This document shows positions 1-9,385 of a DNA stretch of 55,640 nt, one piece after another (positions within the stretch are counted from its first letter, which is position 1; each line of letters opens with the position of its first letter). Source of the DNA: a virus (taxonomy: Duplodnaviria > Caudoviricetes). A model generated the notes under the pieces. That model worked only from the letters and a program-made list of their open reading frames with translations, had not been told where the DNA came from and did not search any database. The position numbers and the translations under genes are program-made. The stretch is from positions 1-55,640 of IMG/VR virus record IMGVR_UViG_3300042309_002031. The stretch is one strand, 5' to 3'.

Positions 1-2
1 AT

Positions 3-797
3 ACCAGAGACCGTGTGTTGAATCATAATCTCGTACTGGGACTTTATGGCGCGCTGCACCAAGCTTTCGGGATTTTCTACCGTCAAGTCCGCATGCATTT
101 TCTCTTTGTTCACATAAGTCGTTGTTTCCTCGCCCAATGCCTTAGAGGCCATCTTGTCTATCCAGTCGCCGCTGTTCACTATAGAAAACTGGAATATGGG
201 GGCGCCGTACATTGCATAGCAAAGATTTACCATTCCCGCTCCGAAGGATATTCCCACGCCGGTCCAAGCCTTGTTGGAAAGTTCTGCGTATACAAGCGCC
301 AATGCCTCGTTGATCGGATGGGGATCTACTGTATACCCCTTCTCGCTCTTGTAAGACCTGAACATTGCTTCCAAGACTTTTGCGTGATAATCCGCGTCTG
401 TCTCTTGATTTATGGCGTTGGCGGGAACGGAGTAATACAAGGGCGTGCCGTCTTCTTCTACCTCTCCTATGAGGCTGTGGCACATCACGTTCATGATCTG
501 CTGGGCGTACCTTTCCTTAGGATTGAGGCAGCCATCCTTCATCGGCCGCTTCAACTCTATCTGGTTCATGGTGTACGCCATGTTCACCGCAGACTCACCC
601 AAAGCATAGGCCAGATTCGATTCAGGCTGCTCTATCAGAGGAACTCCGGCGTTCTTCATCATGTTGAATACAAATCGATTCTCCAAGGGCATCTGCAAGA
701 AGGCATTTACTTCCTTCTTGTACGAAAATTCGTTCTCGGCCGTCCTCTTGCAACTGACGAGATGGTAAGTACCCGCGTCGAATCCTCTTGCTGACAT
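3..797 (-). CDS. Actin-fold ATPase, volactin/MreB/MamK-like (3' end runs off the window; not in ORF track)
   Basis: Manual translation from ATG 797 (SD AAGGAG upstream): MSARGFDAGTYHLV (phosphate-1)...KRPMKDG...YYSVPA...PINEALALVYAEL (connect-1)...TGVGISFGAGMVN (phosphate-2)...SGDWIDKMA; open to the window edge. Confidence 0.85.
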   Translation of the reverse strand, partial: MSARGFDAGTYHLVSCKRTAENEFSYKKEVNAFLQMPLENRFVFNMMKNAGVPLIEQPESNLAYALGESAVNMAYTMNQIELKRPMKDGCLNPKERYAQQIMNVMCHSLIGEVEEDGTPLYYSVPANAINQETDADYHAKVLEAMFRSYKSEKGYTVDPHPINEALALVYAELSNKAWTGVGISFGAGMVNLCYAMYGAPIFQFSIVNSGDWIDKMASKALGEETTTYVNKEKMHADLTVENPESLVQRAIKSQYEIMIQHTVSG

Positions 798-807
798 AAT
801 TTTCTCC

Positions 808-1032
808 TTATTTTCCGAATTTTATCTTATTATTGGAGGCGAAATCTTGAATCGCCCAGTCTACTTTTTCTTCTTGCTTTGCTGCGTGCGAAGCAGTTCC
901 GACTCCCGATCCCGAAAAGACCTGAAGGTTTGATCCGTCCAATTTTATTGTGAGTTCCAAGGCTATGTTCACAAAAACTTCGCCGTTTTTTGTTACTACC
1001 CTCGCCTCTCCTTGTTTGATCAAATTTGGCAT
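808..1032 (-). CDS. Hypothetical protein (74 aa; start moved to ATG 1032)
   Basis: Co-oriented with the actin gene; its stop overlaps the actin SD; CTATTATA box upstream. Confidence 0.6.
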   Translation of the reverse strand: MPNLIKQGEARVVTKNGEVFVNIALELTIKLDGSNLQVFSGSGVGTASHAAKQEEKVDWAIQDFASNNKIKFGK

Positions 1033-1100
1033 GAATCGTTCCGTTGTTTGGGTGCGATGCACCAGTTTATAATAGTCGCAACTTTATTGTTTTTGAGGGA

Positions 1101-1652
1101 CTAGGAAGTCCCGATAGAACTCACAGAAACCAGTATTTGGACCGGAACATCTGCTGCTCCACTGGCGTTGTCTATTTCTATTGTGCCTATTGTTATGTCG
1201 CCCACACTGAAAACTTGTGTGCTTCCTGCGGGAAGGTCTATTATGGCCGAATTCAATCCATTAAGTCTGACCTTGACTCCGTCTGTTTCGCTCTTGTTGG
1301 TTATTTGTGCGAAAAGAGCCCAACTCTTGGAATCGCCCGCTATGTCCGCTTTGTTGCTTTGGTAGGTGGATCCCATGGCGGCAACCAAGTCGTATACCTT
1401 CGGGTATGTGTTCTCGGCTATTTTGTCGCTGTATATCGTGCCGTCGTCCTCCACTACCTCAATAAATGATTCCTCCAAAGGAACGTTGGGGTATGCAAAA
1501 CGCTTCCAGTAATTACAGTCAACGAAGGTCTCTCCATCCTTCAACTTTCTGTTTATTCTGTTGGGTCCCGTTATGTACGCCGTTCTCTGATTATCGTAGA
1601 CATCAAGAAGGCCTTGTCTAGAATTCGTGAGTCTCACTCTAAAAACGCTCAT
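1101..1652 (-). CDS. Hypothetical, probably beta-rich virion-associated protein (start ATG 1652)
   Basis: AGAGGA SD before MSVFRVRL; TATATA box at 1682-1687. Confidence 0.65.
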   Translation of the reverse strand: MSVFRVRLTNSRQGLLDVYDNQRTAYITGPNRINRKLKDGETFVDCNYWKRFAYPNVPLEESFIEVVEDDGTIYSDKIAENTYPKVYDLVAAMGSTYQSNKADIAGDSKSWALFAQITNKSETDGVKVRLNGLNSAIIDLPAGSTQVFSVGDITIGTIEIDNASGAADVPVQILVSVSSIGTS

Positions 1653-1681
1653 GGTTCCTCTTTTAAGTTGTAAAGCAATAG

Positions 1682-1687
1682 TATATA
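1682..1687. promoter_or_regulatory. TATATA box, putative phage late promoter
   Basis: Same hexamer recurs in at least 12 intergenic positions upstream of starts. Confidence 0.45.
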
Positions 1688-1751
1688 GTGCAGACATTCG
1701 GTGAATTAATGCCTTTTGTCAAAAGCGGGCTCGGTCGAGCAAAGGAATTAC

Positions 1752-1883
1752 ATGGATCAAGAAACCAGTGAAAACGAGGTCGGGGAGGCTATGAAGGCCT
1801 TCCTAGATCAGTTCGGACACATGGACATTTATGCTCAGATAGTTCTGGAAGAGGTACTCGGGGAGTTGATCAATGGCAAGTAG
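1752..1883 (+). CDS. Small acidic hypothetical protein (43 aa; not in ORF track)
   Basis: AAAGGA SD, MDQETSENEVGEAMKAFLDQFGHMDIYAQIVLEEVLGELINGK*, overlaps start of next gene. Confidence 0.5.
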   Translation: MDQETSENEVGEAMKAFLDQFGHMDIYAQIVLEEVLGELINGK

Positions 1884-2238
1884 TTTGTACGTATATCTCG
1901 CAAGGCTAGACAAGAAAGGAATGAAAGTCATAAGCGCCTTCCCTTTTGGGCAAAAAGTCTACGCTACCAAGGTAAGCGATATAGAAAAACTAAATCTGAA
2001 CCCAGAACTGTCCTCAAAAATAGCGAAGGAAGCCTATGAAAACAGAATGATGTACGAACTGTACCTTGAGTCTGCTGATTCTTTTGAGGATCTCAAGGCC
2101 TCATTAAGGAAACGGGGCTATTCCCGTCTTCCCGTGAGCCAGTTCACAGGGTTTGAATCGCCGACCTTCGTCAACAAACACGCCTTGGTTACGAAGTCCT
2201 CCACCATGTTGAGGAGAAACTCGGACATCAGACGATGA
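1873..2238 (+). CDS. Hypothetical protein
   Basis: 121-aa ORF with GGAG SD, normal protein composition. Confidence 0.65.
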   Translation: MASSLYVYLARLDKKGMKVISAFPFGQKVYATKVSDIEKLNLNPELSSKIAKEAYENRMMYELYLESADSFEDLKASLRKRGYSRLPVSQFTGFESPTFVNKHALVTKSSTMLRRNSDIRR

Positions 2239-2515
2239 CGTACTTCTTGTGGATGTAAAAAGATCCCGAACCAACCTCTATCAAATATTCGTCGCCGTCC
2301 ACCTTCTTTAGCACCCCCCCGGCCTCGACGAATTCTTTCGCCATCTTAGGAACCCTTCCCTCCTCGGGAATCATATGGGCGATTATCCTTTTGGCGGAAA
2401 ATCTCGTCTCCACAGAAGACCCCTCTAGGCTTTGATCCATGCTCGCGTCAAAGTCGCTCTGTGATCTCATCCATTTTTTGAAGTTGTCCGGATTCAAACT
2501 AAAAAAATCACTCAC
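2228..2515 (-). CDS. Hypothetical protein
   Basis: 95-aa ORF overlapping the end of the upstream gene in the minus-strand run. Confidence 0.65.
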   Translation of the reverse strand: MSDFFSLNPDNFKKWMRSQSDFDASMDQSLEGSSVETRFSAKRIIAHMIPEEGRVPKMAKEFVEAGGVLKKVDGDEYLIEVGSGSFYIHKKYVIV

Positions 2516-3368
2516 TGCTTTCCTTGCTGAAAAAAGACGGTAAATTGTCCTTCTCTATATACGCAGCATTCTCATATTCCACGCCGGAAGAACAATCCGC
2601 TAGTTTTACGCCCGACTTCTTTAGCCAGTACAACTGCTTGTCTATGATCCGCTGACACATTATCTGCTGGGGATATTGGTATAGTCCGTTCTTCATTTTG
2701 ACCGCACCGGGACGCTCGTCCTCAAATGATTCGTCGCAGCAAAAAAGAGCCAGTTTCTTCACTCTTTTTTTCCATGCGAAACTGATGGCTGCGCATATGG
2801 GATTTCTGTAGTCGTCCAAACACATGTTGTTTTCTTCACTGCCTATGCCGGAATAATTAATATCCGGCGATGCCTTGTAGAAAAAAGGCTGGTTTCTGTA
2901 TTCCTCGAAAAACCTGGGATTGGTCTTTGTCGAAGCCATCAAGTTTGGATAATACCTGTGCTTCTTCGGCAAGAAGCTCAACGCCTCCGGATAAGGATTA
3001 TTGATCAAGTAGAACGTCATTGTTCTTTTAAACTCGGCGTCGTTCCCGACCATGTCCCATTTTGCAAGGCTGCCGTTCACGCCTATTGTCTTCACCATCG
3101 AGTTGGGCATCGACGCGAGGATCTTTTGTCTCTCCTTCCATCCATAGCCGTCCGACATAATTATCAAATTGTCTATGGAGAAGTCGTCCGTGTCATCCAT
3201 CGTCATCCCGGAAACTCTCTGATTGGAGCACTCATTACCCAGAAAAAGTTGCAAATCCCTGCCCCCCAGCCGATTTATGTCTATCGGTTTTGCTGGAAGG
3301 CAAAGGTTCCTCACCCAGACACCCTCAGCTAGGATATACTCGTTATTCTTGAATTTCTTGATTCTCAT
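2508..3368 (-). CDS. Putative Maf/MptE-like (DUF115-type) glycosyltransferase-fold protein, divergent
   Basis: IIMSDGYG..TIGVNGSL and CAAISFAWKKRVKKLALFCCD resemble the family's IIGxGPS..IxxN and A..FAxxLGxKxIxLxGxD motifs; ATGA overlap with the repeat protein. Confidence 0.4.
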   Translation of the reverse strand: MRIKKFKNNEYILAEGVWVRNLCLPAKPIDINRLGGRDLQLFLGNECSNQRVSGMTMDDTDDFSIDNLIIMSDGYGWKERQKILASMPNSMVKTIGVNGSLAKWDMVGNDAEFKRTMTFYLINNPYPEALSFLPKKHRYYPNLMASTKTNPRFFEEYRNQPFFYKASPDINYSGIGSEENNMCLDDYRNPICAAISFAWKKRVKKLALFCCDESFEDERPGAVKMKNGLYQYPQQIMCQRIIDKQLYWLKKSGVKLADCSSGVEYENAAYIEKDNLPSFFSKESSE

Positions 3369-6300
3369 TTTTTATTGCAAGGAACAAGGGCGAAGCAAGC
3401 TTGTTCATCACCACCCATAAGGTTTGATGCGTCAAATTGTATGGGAACAGGCCCACCCTTGTAAACGAGAGGTATTTCAATATTTTCCGGAATTTCAAGG
3501 CGAGCGACTATTTCGCTTGGCATCTTCACCTCAATTGAATCGGGTATGCCCACAACCCTTATGGTTTCCGGTATCTCAGATCCGTCAATCCTTATGACCG
3601 ATGGAAGGTCTATCGGCACAAGACTTATCATTCCGGGCAAGGAACTTGTGTCCAACTTGATAGAATTGGGTATTTCGGCGGCGTCAACCTTTATGCTCTG
3701 CGGTATTACGGCTTCATTGACGATCTTTATTTCCTTGGGAAGCGCGTCAATTTGATAGAGTTCTATCCTTTCCGGAAGATCAGATCTTATATTGATGAAT
3801 TCCGGTATGTCGTGCTTCACTTGTATTTCTGGGAATTTGGGGACCACTACCTTTATTTCCGAAGGTATACCCAGATCATTTATCTCTATGTCGTAATCTT
3901 GTGTGTTGAAGTCATCCACGAAGTTTTCGTCCAAGGTCATTCCTCGCCGGAAAGGTGAGCCCGGAGAACTGCTGGGACACTGCACAGTGACCACGCATTC
4001 TATGGTGGGAGCAGAGCCCCAGTTTATTTCAATCCTAGGAGGACTTCCCCATTCAAAACTTCCGCTCACTGTAGGTGCGTTTCCCCATGTGAAACTTCCT
4101 GATGCGGTCGGAGCCGATCCCCATGTGAAACTTCCTGATGCGGTCGGAGGACTACCCCAGTTGAACGAGGCTCCCTCTATTTTCGGAGGACTTCCCCAGT
4201 TGAACGAAGCTCCCTCTATTTTCGGAGGACTTCCCCAGTTGAACGAGGCTCCTTCTATTTTCGGAGGAGTGCCCCAACTGAACGAGGCTCCTTCTATCTT
4301 CGGTGGCGTACCCCAACTGAACGAAGCTCCCTCTATTTTCGGAGGACTTCCCCAACTGAAGGATCCGCCTTCAATCTTCGGAGGAGTGCCCCAATTAAAA
4401 GATCCGCCTTCTATCTTCGGTGGCGTACCCCAACTGAACGAGGCTCCCTCTATTTTCGGAGGACTTCCCCAACTGAAGGATCCGCCTTCAATCTTCGGAG
4501 GAGTGCCCCAGTAGATAGAGGCTCCTTGAATCTTGGGTGGAGTGCCCCAATTGAAGGATCCGCCTTCAATCTTCGGAGGACTGCCCCAGTTGAAAGATCC
4601 ACCTTCTATCTTTGGAGGACTTCCCCAGTTGAAAGATCCGCCTTCGATCTTCGGAGGAGTGCCCCAACTGAACGATGCGCCTTGAATCTTGGGTGGAGTG
4701 CCCCAATTGAAAGATCCGCCTTCGACCTTCGGAGGATTTCCCCAATTGAAAGATCCGCCTTCAACCTTCGGAGGAGTGCCCCAACTGAACGACGCGCCTT
4801 GAACCTTGGGTGGAGTGCCCCAATTGAAAGATCCGCCTTGGATCTTGGGAGGATTGCCCCAGTTGAAGGATCCGCCCTCTATCTTCGGAGGGGCGCCCCA
4901 ATAGAATGAGGCGCCTTGGATCTTTGGTGGAGTGCCCCAATTAATTGACGCCTCGATCTTTGGAGGAATTCCCCAACTGAACGACGCACCTTGAATCTTT
5001 GGAGGAATTCCCCAACTGAACGACGCACCTTGAATCTTTGGAGCCGGGCCGAAATTAAAGGTGGCGGGTGATACCTTTGGAGCCGGACCAAAGCCAAAAC
5101 TGGCGGGACTTATTTTTGGAGCCGGACCAAAGCCAAAACTGGCGGGACTTATCTTTGGAGCCGGACCGAAGCCAAAACTGGCGGGCGATACCTTGGGAGC
5201 CGGGCCGAAGCCAAAACTGGCGGGTGATATCTTGGGAGCCGGACCGAAATTAAAATTGGCTGGACTTATCTTCGGGGCAGGACCAAAGCCAAAACTGGCG
5301 GGGCTTATCTTCGGTGCAGGGCCGAAGTTTAAATTTACGGGCGGCACCGTCGGGGCGGGCCCGAATGTAAAACTTGCGGGCGGCACCGTCGGAGCGGGAC
5401 CAAATGTAAAACTTGTGGGTGGCACCGTCGGAGCAGGACCGAAGAAAAAACTACCCGGAGTTATACCAGGAGCAGGACCAAAGAAAAAACTACCCGGCGT
5501 TATTCCAGGAGCAGGACCAAAGAAAAAACTACCCGGAGTTATCCCTGGAGCAGGACCGAAGAAAAAACTACCCGGAGTTATACCAGGAGCAGGACCAAAG
5601 AAAAAACTACCAGGCGTTATTCCAGGAGCAGGACCAAAGAAAAAACTGGCGGGGCTTATCCCGGGAGCGGGACCAAATGTAAAACTACCAGGCGTTATTC
5701 CGGGAGCGGGACCAAATGTAAAACTACCAGGCGTTATTCCTGGGGCAGGACCGAAGAAGAAACTACCAGGCGTTATTCCAGGCGCAGGACCGAAGAAGAA
5801 ACTACCAGGCGTTATTCCAGGCGCAGGACCGAAGAAGAAACTACCAGGCGTTATCCCTGGGGCAGGACCGAAAGTGATAGTTGGTATAATAAATGGCGCC
5901 GGTCCAAAACTAGGTACGCTTATATTTATGGATATAGGCGGTATGACAATGCTCGGCATGCTTATTGGGAGGACATCCAAACAAGGGAACATTATCTGCG
6001 GCAGTTCTATGGGAGTCTGCGGAATTATAGAGGGTATTGTGATGTTGGGAAACGCCGGCACTTGCGGGATAGGAAGCGTAAATGGGTTGTTGGGGGGCGT
6101 TTCCGGAACTATAGTGAAAATTCTTGATTTTGGAGTCTGCACCACCGTGCATGTTGGGCTAACGACAGTAACAACGGGGTCTATGGTCGCACCGGCGGCG
6201 TAAGTGTGGGTTCCCGATTGGGTGGAATTCGTGGATTGTCCGTCGCCAAAGTCCAAAGTGAAGGTGTCAAATGTTCCATTTATATAGATCTGATACTCTA

Positions 6301-7048
6301 TTGTGGTCCCTTCGCAATTAGCAGTCCCGTCAGACACCACATTCGTATCAATCACCACATCAACGCAGTACGCGTCATCTAGACAGATGGGCTGATTCTC
6401 AAGTTTTCTTATCTCATCTTGTATTTCAAAAATGTACTGCTCAACCGCCAAGGTCGCATCCACGAGTTGATTGTGGTGTTCCGCCATCACGAATCCTCTG
6501 ACCCACGAGCCCGAAGGATTAAACTTCGTCGGCTTTCCGCCTACGCTCCGGGCGCACCTTTTTAGTTTGAAAACCTTGCCCTCAAACTCAAAAGACAAGC
6601 CAGACTCGGAATATCCGGAACCTCCTCTAACCACCTCTATGTTTTTTATTGATCCATCTACAACATTGGCCTTTAACCTACCCCCCGAACCAGGACCCAA
6701 GATCTTTATTGCCGGATTTATGTACCCAAAGCCTCCGTTTAACACAGACACGCTCTTTAAGGATCCGTCTTCGTTGACCTTTGGGTTTCCGAGCAAAGCG
6801 CCCGAACCTTCGACTTGAGTCTTCTCCACGGCGTCGTAATAAAACATCTCCCCTGAGATGTTGGCGAATCCGTTGTCTGCCCATATTTCGTTCTGATGTG
6901 GCCCAACGGGCTCAATCTCTATCTCCTCTCCCCACGCCGAGTTGTCCTTGGTCGTCTTGGCCTCGCTCGTGTTATACACGAGGAACAGAGTCCTGTCGGA
7001 ATCTATCGCTAGGGGAAATGATGGTTGAGGGGGAAATCCTGTTGGCAT
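3365..7048 (-). CDS. Putative tail fibre/appendage protein with PKD domain and ~50 tandem 13-aa Pro/Gly/aromatic repeats
   Basis: PKD motif LDFGDG..HTY; V.V.NGGxGY virion repeats; FGPAP../WGxPPK.. repeats; C-terminal IPxxIxV repeats; lies in tail module. Confidence 0.65.
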   Translation of the reverse strand: MPTGFPPQPSFPLAIDSDRTLFLVYNTSEAKTTKDNSAWGEEIEIEPVGPHQNEIWADNGFANISGEMFYYDAVEKTQVEGSGALLGNPKVNEDGSLKSVSVLNGGFGYINPAIKILGPGSGGRLKANVVDGSIKNIEVVRGGSGYSESGLSFEFEGKVFKLKRCARSVGGKPTKFNPSGSWVRGFVMAEHHNQLVDATLAVEQYIFEIQDEIRKLENQPICLDDAYCVDVVIDTNVVSDGTANCEGTTIEYQIYINGTFDTFTLDFGDGQSTNSTQSGTHTYAAGATIDPVVTVVSPTCTVVQTPKSRIFTIVPETPPNNPFTLPIPQVPAFPNITIPSIIPQTPIELPQIMFPCLDVLPISMPSIVIPPISINISVPSFGPAPFIIPTITFGPAPGITPGSFFFGPAPGITPGSFFFGPAPGITPGSFFFGPAPGITPGSFTFGPAPGITPGSFTFGPAPGISPASFFFGPAPGITPGSFFFGPAPGITPGSFFFGPAPGITPGSFFFGPAPGITPGSFFFGPAPGITPGSFFFGPAPTVPPTSFTFGPAPTVPPASFTFGPAPTVPPVNLNFGPAPKISPASFGFGPAPKISPANFNFGPAPKISPASFGFGPAPKVSPASFGFGPAPKISPASFGFGPAPKISPASFGFGPAPKVSPATFNFGPAPKIQGASFSWGIPPKIQGASFSWGIPPKIEASINWGTPPKIQGASFYWGAPPKIEGGSFNWGNPPKIQGGSFNWGTPPKVQGASFSWGTPPKVEGGSFNWGNPPKVEGGSFNWGTPPKIQGASFSWGTPPKIEGGSFNWGSPPKIEGGSFNWGSPPKIEGGSFNWGTPPKIQGASIYWGTPPKIEGGSFSWGSPPKIEGASFSWGTPPKIEGGSFNWGTPPKIEGGSFSWGSPPKIEGASFSWGTPPKIEGASFSWGTPPKIEGASFNWGSPPKIEGASFNWGSPPKIEGASFNWGSPPTASGSFTWGSAPTASGSFTWGNAPTVSGSFEWGSPPRIEINWGSAPTIECVVTVQCPSSSPGSPFRRGMTLDENFVDDFNTQDYDIEINDLGIPSEIKVVVPKFPEIQVKHDIPEFINIRSDLPERIELYQIDALPKEIKIVNEAVIPQSIKVDAAEIPNSIKLDTSSLPGMISLVPIDLPSVIRIDGSEIPETIRVVGIPDSIEVKMPSEIVARLEIPENIEIPLVYKGGPVPIQFDASNLMGGDEQACFALVPCNKK
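4001..5910 (-). repeat. Coding tandem array of mostly 39-bp units (about 23 FGPAP-type then about 27 WGxPP-type)
   Basis: Directly visible, e.g. FGPAPGITPGSFF, FGPAPKISPASFG, WGTPPKIEGGSFN; no spacers. Confidence 0.95.
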
Positions 7049-7069
7049 GTTTTCTCTTTTAGGTATCTA

Positions 7070-9385
7070 TCAATAAACGCCCATTTTGAATTGAACCCCG
7101 GAGGGTCTCGTCTTCGCCATGGAAAATGTGAGATCTGTGCCATTGAATTTAATCATGGCTTTTTCGCTATAATCATAGCTTAAATAGGCTATTCTGTCAC
7201 TATCAGAAGCCGCCAAAAGCGTATTGGATTTGTCGTCAAAGTTTGACTTGTTAGTGTCTTGTACGGATCTGAACGACAAGGACGATGAATTTGCGCGCCC
7301 AACTTCCCAAGTGAGGGAGGTGTCATTCCAAGCACATATCTCTCCGGAGTTGTTAAACATGAATATTCCATTATACAAGGCAACTAACTGCCCCTCCAAT
7401 TTGACTGATCCTATCATGCTAGGTAGTTTGGTAATTGTTCCGTACGGATCCGAAACCGTTCCCTTTGTTTTGTAGAAGTCAGACAGTCTAAAGAACTCGT
7501 TCACCGACGAGTTTCTAAGAATGTATCCGATTGAATCCTTCCACGCCGTCTTGTACACGGCGAAGTAGCCGTTCGTAGCCACGTCGTCATCGTCAAAATA
7601 AGCGGGATGATCCAACAGCTCGTCCGCCCCATTCTCAAAACTGGAGGTCGTAAGATCCACAGGAGCAGAAGCCGACTGTGTCAGAATATCATAGTCTAAT
7701 CTCTGGGCCAACGCTTGGTTTTGTCCCGGAGTTGTTGCGGATCCTTGGCCGAATATGAAGTAAGTTCTGTCTTGTGAATTTAACGCAGCCCAATTCCAAG
7801 GTCTATTGGTTATTGAATTGACGCTATCATAATGATCGTCGAATGCATTGTACTTCTTGATATTTATGTTTTTGTCATCTACTACCGAGCCGCCCGATGC
7901 CCACATCAAAAGAGAATTGCCTTTGTTGCCCGAACTAGCCGTCCCAGCAAGCGTAAACTCCACATTTCTTCTGAACTCTTTCTTTGCTTTGCTGTAGGTC
8001 CCTTCAAAATAAGGTGCGTTGTCGTTCTCAACGCCATTCAAACTTGTATTTCCGTACGACAATGGACTCTGAGACAAAAAGGCGTCACTTCTGTTCAAAG
8101 AAAGCGTTTGGTTCCCTAGCGTCTTGAAGGTCTCGCTTCCGAGAGCAAACTCATAGGCTTGCACCGTGCCGCTGCCGTTGCTGTTGAGCGTCTTGAAGTT
8201 AAACAACCAAAGATTCTTGGATTCTATTATGTCTATAGAGTCCTTGTATTGGGTTATCCTGTAAGATCCATATTTTGTGTCTACACGAAGAATTACATCG
8301 TAGTATCCTCCCAAACTGTAAGAGGCTCTCGCTACGCTAGAGTTTGTGTGAGGCAGATCGTCTCCCAAAGACCAAGTGTACTCCTCTATGCTATCCATGG
8401 GCGTGCCCAAAAGTTCCCCGCCGTATGTGTACCCCGGGTTGTCGGGGTTTTCGCCGTCCGGAACCTCTATGTTTATGAAGGCATTTGCGATTGATCTTAT
8501 CTTCGGATATATTCCGTTCGGCAAGTCGCCTTGGCTATAATTCTGAGACGCTCTTGGTATTATTTTTATAACGGCTTCTTCCGGGGCGTCGTTCTTAGTG
8601 TTGATTAACTTTTCAAACACTACTTCGTTTTCCCCGTACTTGTTCTCCACGGTCAGTTTTACCGTGTACAGCCCCGGTGAAGAGTACGACTTTGCGAACT
8701 GTTTGCCAGAAATATCCACTCCGTTGATTGTTTGCTCCCTAGAAGCGTATTCTTCCATGGTTTGCGAAGTCACTTCCAGAAGAGGCGAACCATCCCCAAA
8801 ATCCCAAGTGTGCTTGAAGGGTCCGTCCCCGAGCCTAACGCTTTCGTCATTGAATCTGACTTTAAAAAAAGGATCCAGCCTCCCGATTGCACTATCTACC
8901 GTGAACCAAGCCTTAGGCGATAGCACCAAATCGTTCAGTAAGCTTATCCTAGCCGTTATGCTTGTTTCGCTTGGAGAGTATTTCGTCCCAACAAATTTTT
9001 CTATCTCAATAAGCGCGTCCTTCAGATAGTTGTGATGAAGGTCAAGCACATTCATTGTCACATTTGTTATTTTCTTTGGTTTTGATATTTCTAGTCCGAT
9101 GAATTCCGGAAGCAGTTCCAATTCGTCAAAACTCACGGATGTTCTTGAGTTGTAGTAAAAACTCAAGGCTCTTCTGTCTATGTCGCTGCACTGCTCCGTA
9201 AGAGTGATCACCCCGGTCGGCGGAAATTTTTTGATGACATTAGCGTCACCTTCCACCAATATGCTGGCATCCCCTGGTTTGTAGTCGTCTAGAAGTCTGA
9301 CTCTCAACGAATCGTGGACTAAGAAAAGATTTTTGTCGGTATCCAAAGAATTCGGAAAGTCGCTGGGTTTGGGTATGTTTGTCAT
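7070..9385 (-). CDS. PKD-domain virion protein
   Basis: [23 protein letters not shown] motif and a second W.LGD..Y..GGYYDV; N-terminal domain paralogous to both neighbours. Confidence 0.7.
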   Translation of the reverse strand: MTNIPKPSDFPNSLDTDKNLFLVHDSLRVRLLDDYKPGDASILVEGDANVIKKFPPTGVITLTEQCSDIDRRALSFYYNSRTSVSFDELELLPEFIGLEISKPKKITNVTMNVLDLHHNYLKDALIEIEKFVGTKYSPSETSITARISLLNDLVLSPKAWFTVDSAIGRLDPFFKVRFNDESVRLGDGPFKHTWDFGDGSPLLEVTSQTMEEYASREQTINGVDISGKQFAKSYSSPGLYTVKLTVENKYGENEVVFEKLINTKNDAPEEAVIKIIPRASQNYSQGDLPNGIYPKIRSIANAFINIEVPDGENPDNPGYTYGGELLGTPMDSIEEYTWSLGDDLPHTNSSVARASYSLGGYYDVILRVDTKYGSYRITQYKDSIDIIESKNLWLFNFKTLNSNGSGTVQAYEFALGSETFKTLGNQTLSLNRSDAFLSQSPLSYGNTSLNGVENDNAPYFEGTYSKAKKEFRRNVEFTLAGTASSGNKGNSLLMWASGGSVVDDKNINIKKYNAFDDHYDSVNSITNRPWNWAALNSQDRTYFIFGQGSATTPGQNQALAQRLDYDILTQSASAPVDLTTSSFENGADELLDHPAYFDDDDVATNGYFAVYKTAWKDSIGYILRNSSVNEFFRLSDFYKTKGTVSDPYGTITKLPSMIGSVKLEGQLVALYNGIFMFNNSGEICAWNDTSLTWEVGRANSSSLSFRSVQDTNKSNFDDKSNTLLAASDSDRIAYLSYDYSEKAMIKFNGTDLTFSMAKTRPSGVQFKMGVY

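Noticed and set aside
15-794. 259-aa plus-strand ORF
   Set aside because: Antisense shadow of the actin-like gene; implausible composition, no SD
4001-5910. 39-bp periodic repeats as a CRISPR array or DGR template/variable repeats
   Set aside because: Units are contiguous with no unique spacers and vary at synonymous positions in one reading frame; no cas or reverse transcriptase gene in the window
3903-6203. Long plus-strand repeat ORFs (GAGPKKKLPGVIP etc.)
   Set aside because: Antisense read-through of the coding repeat
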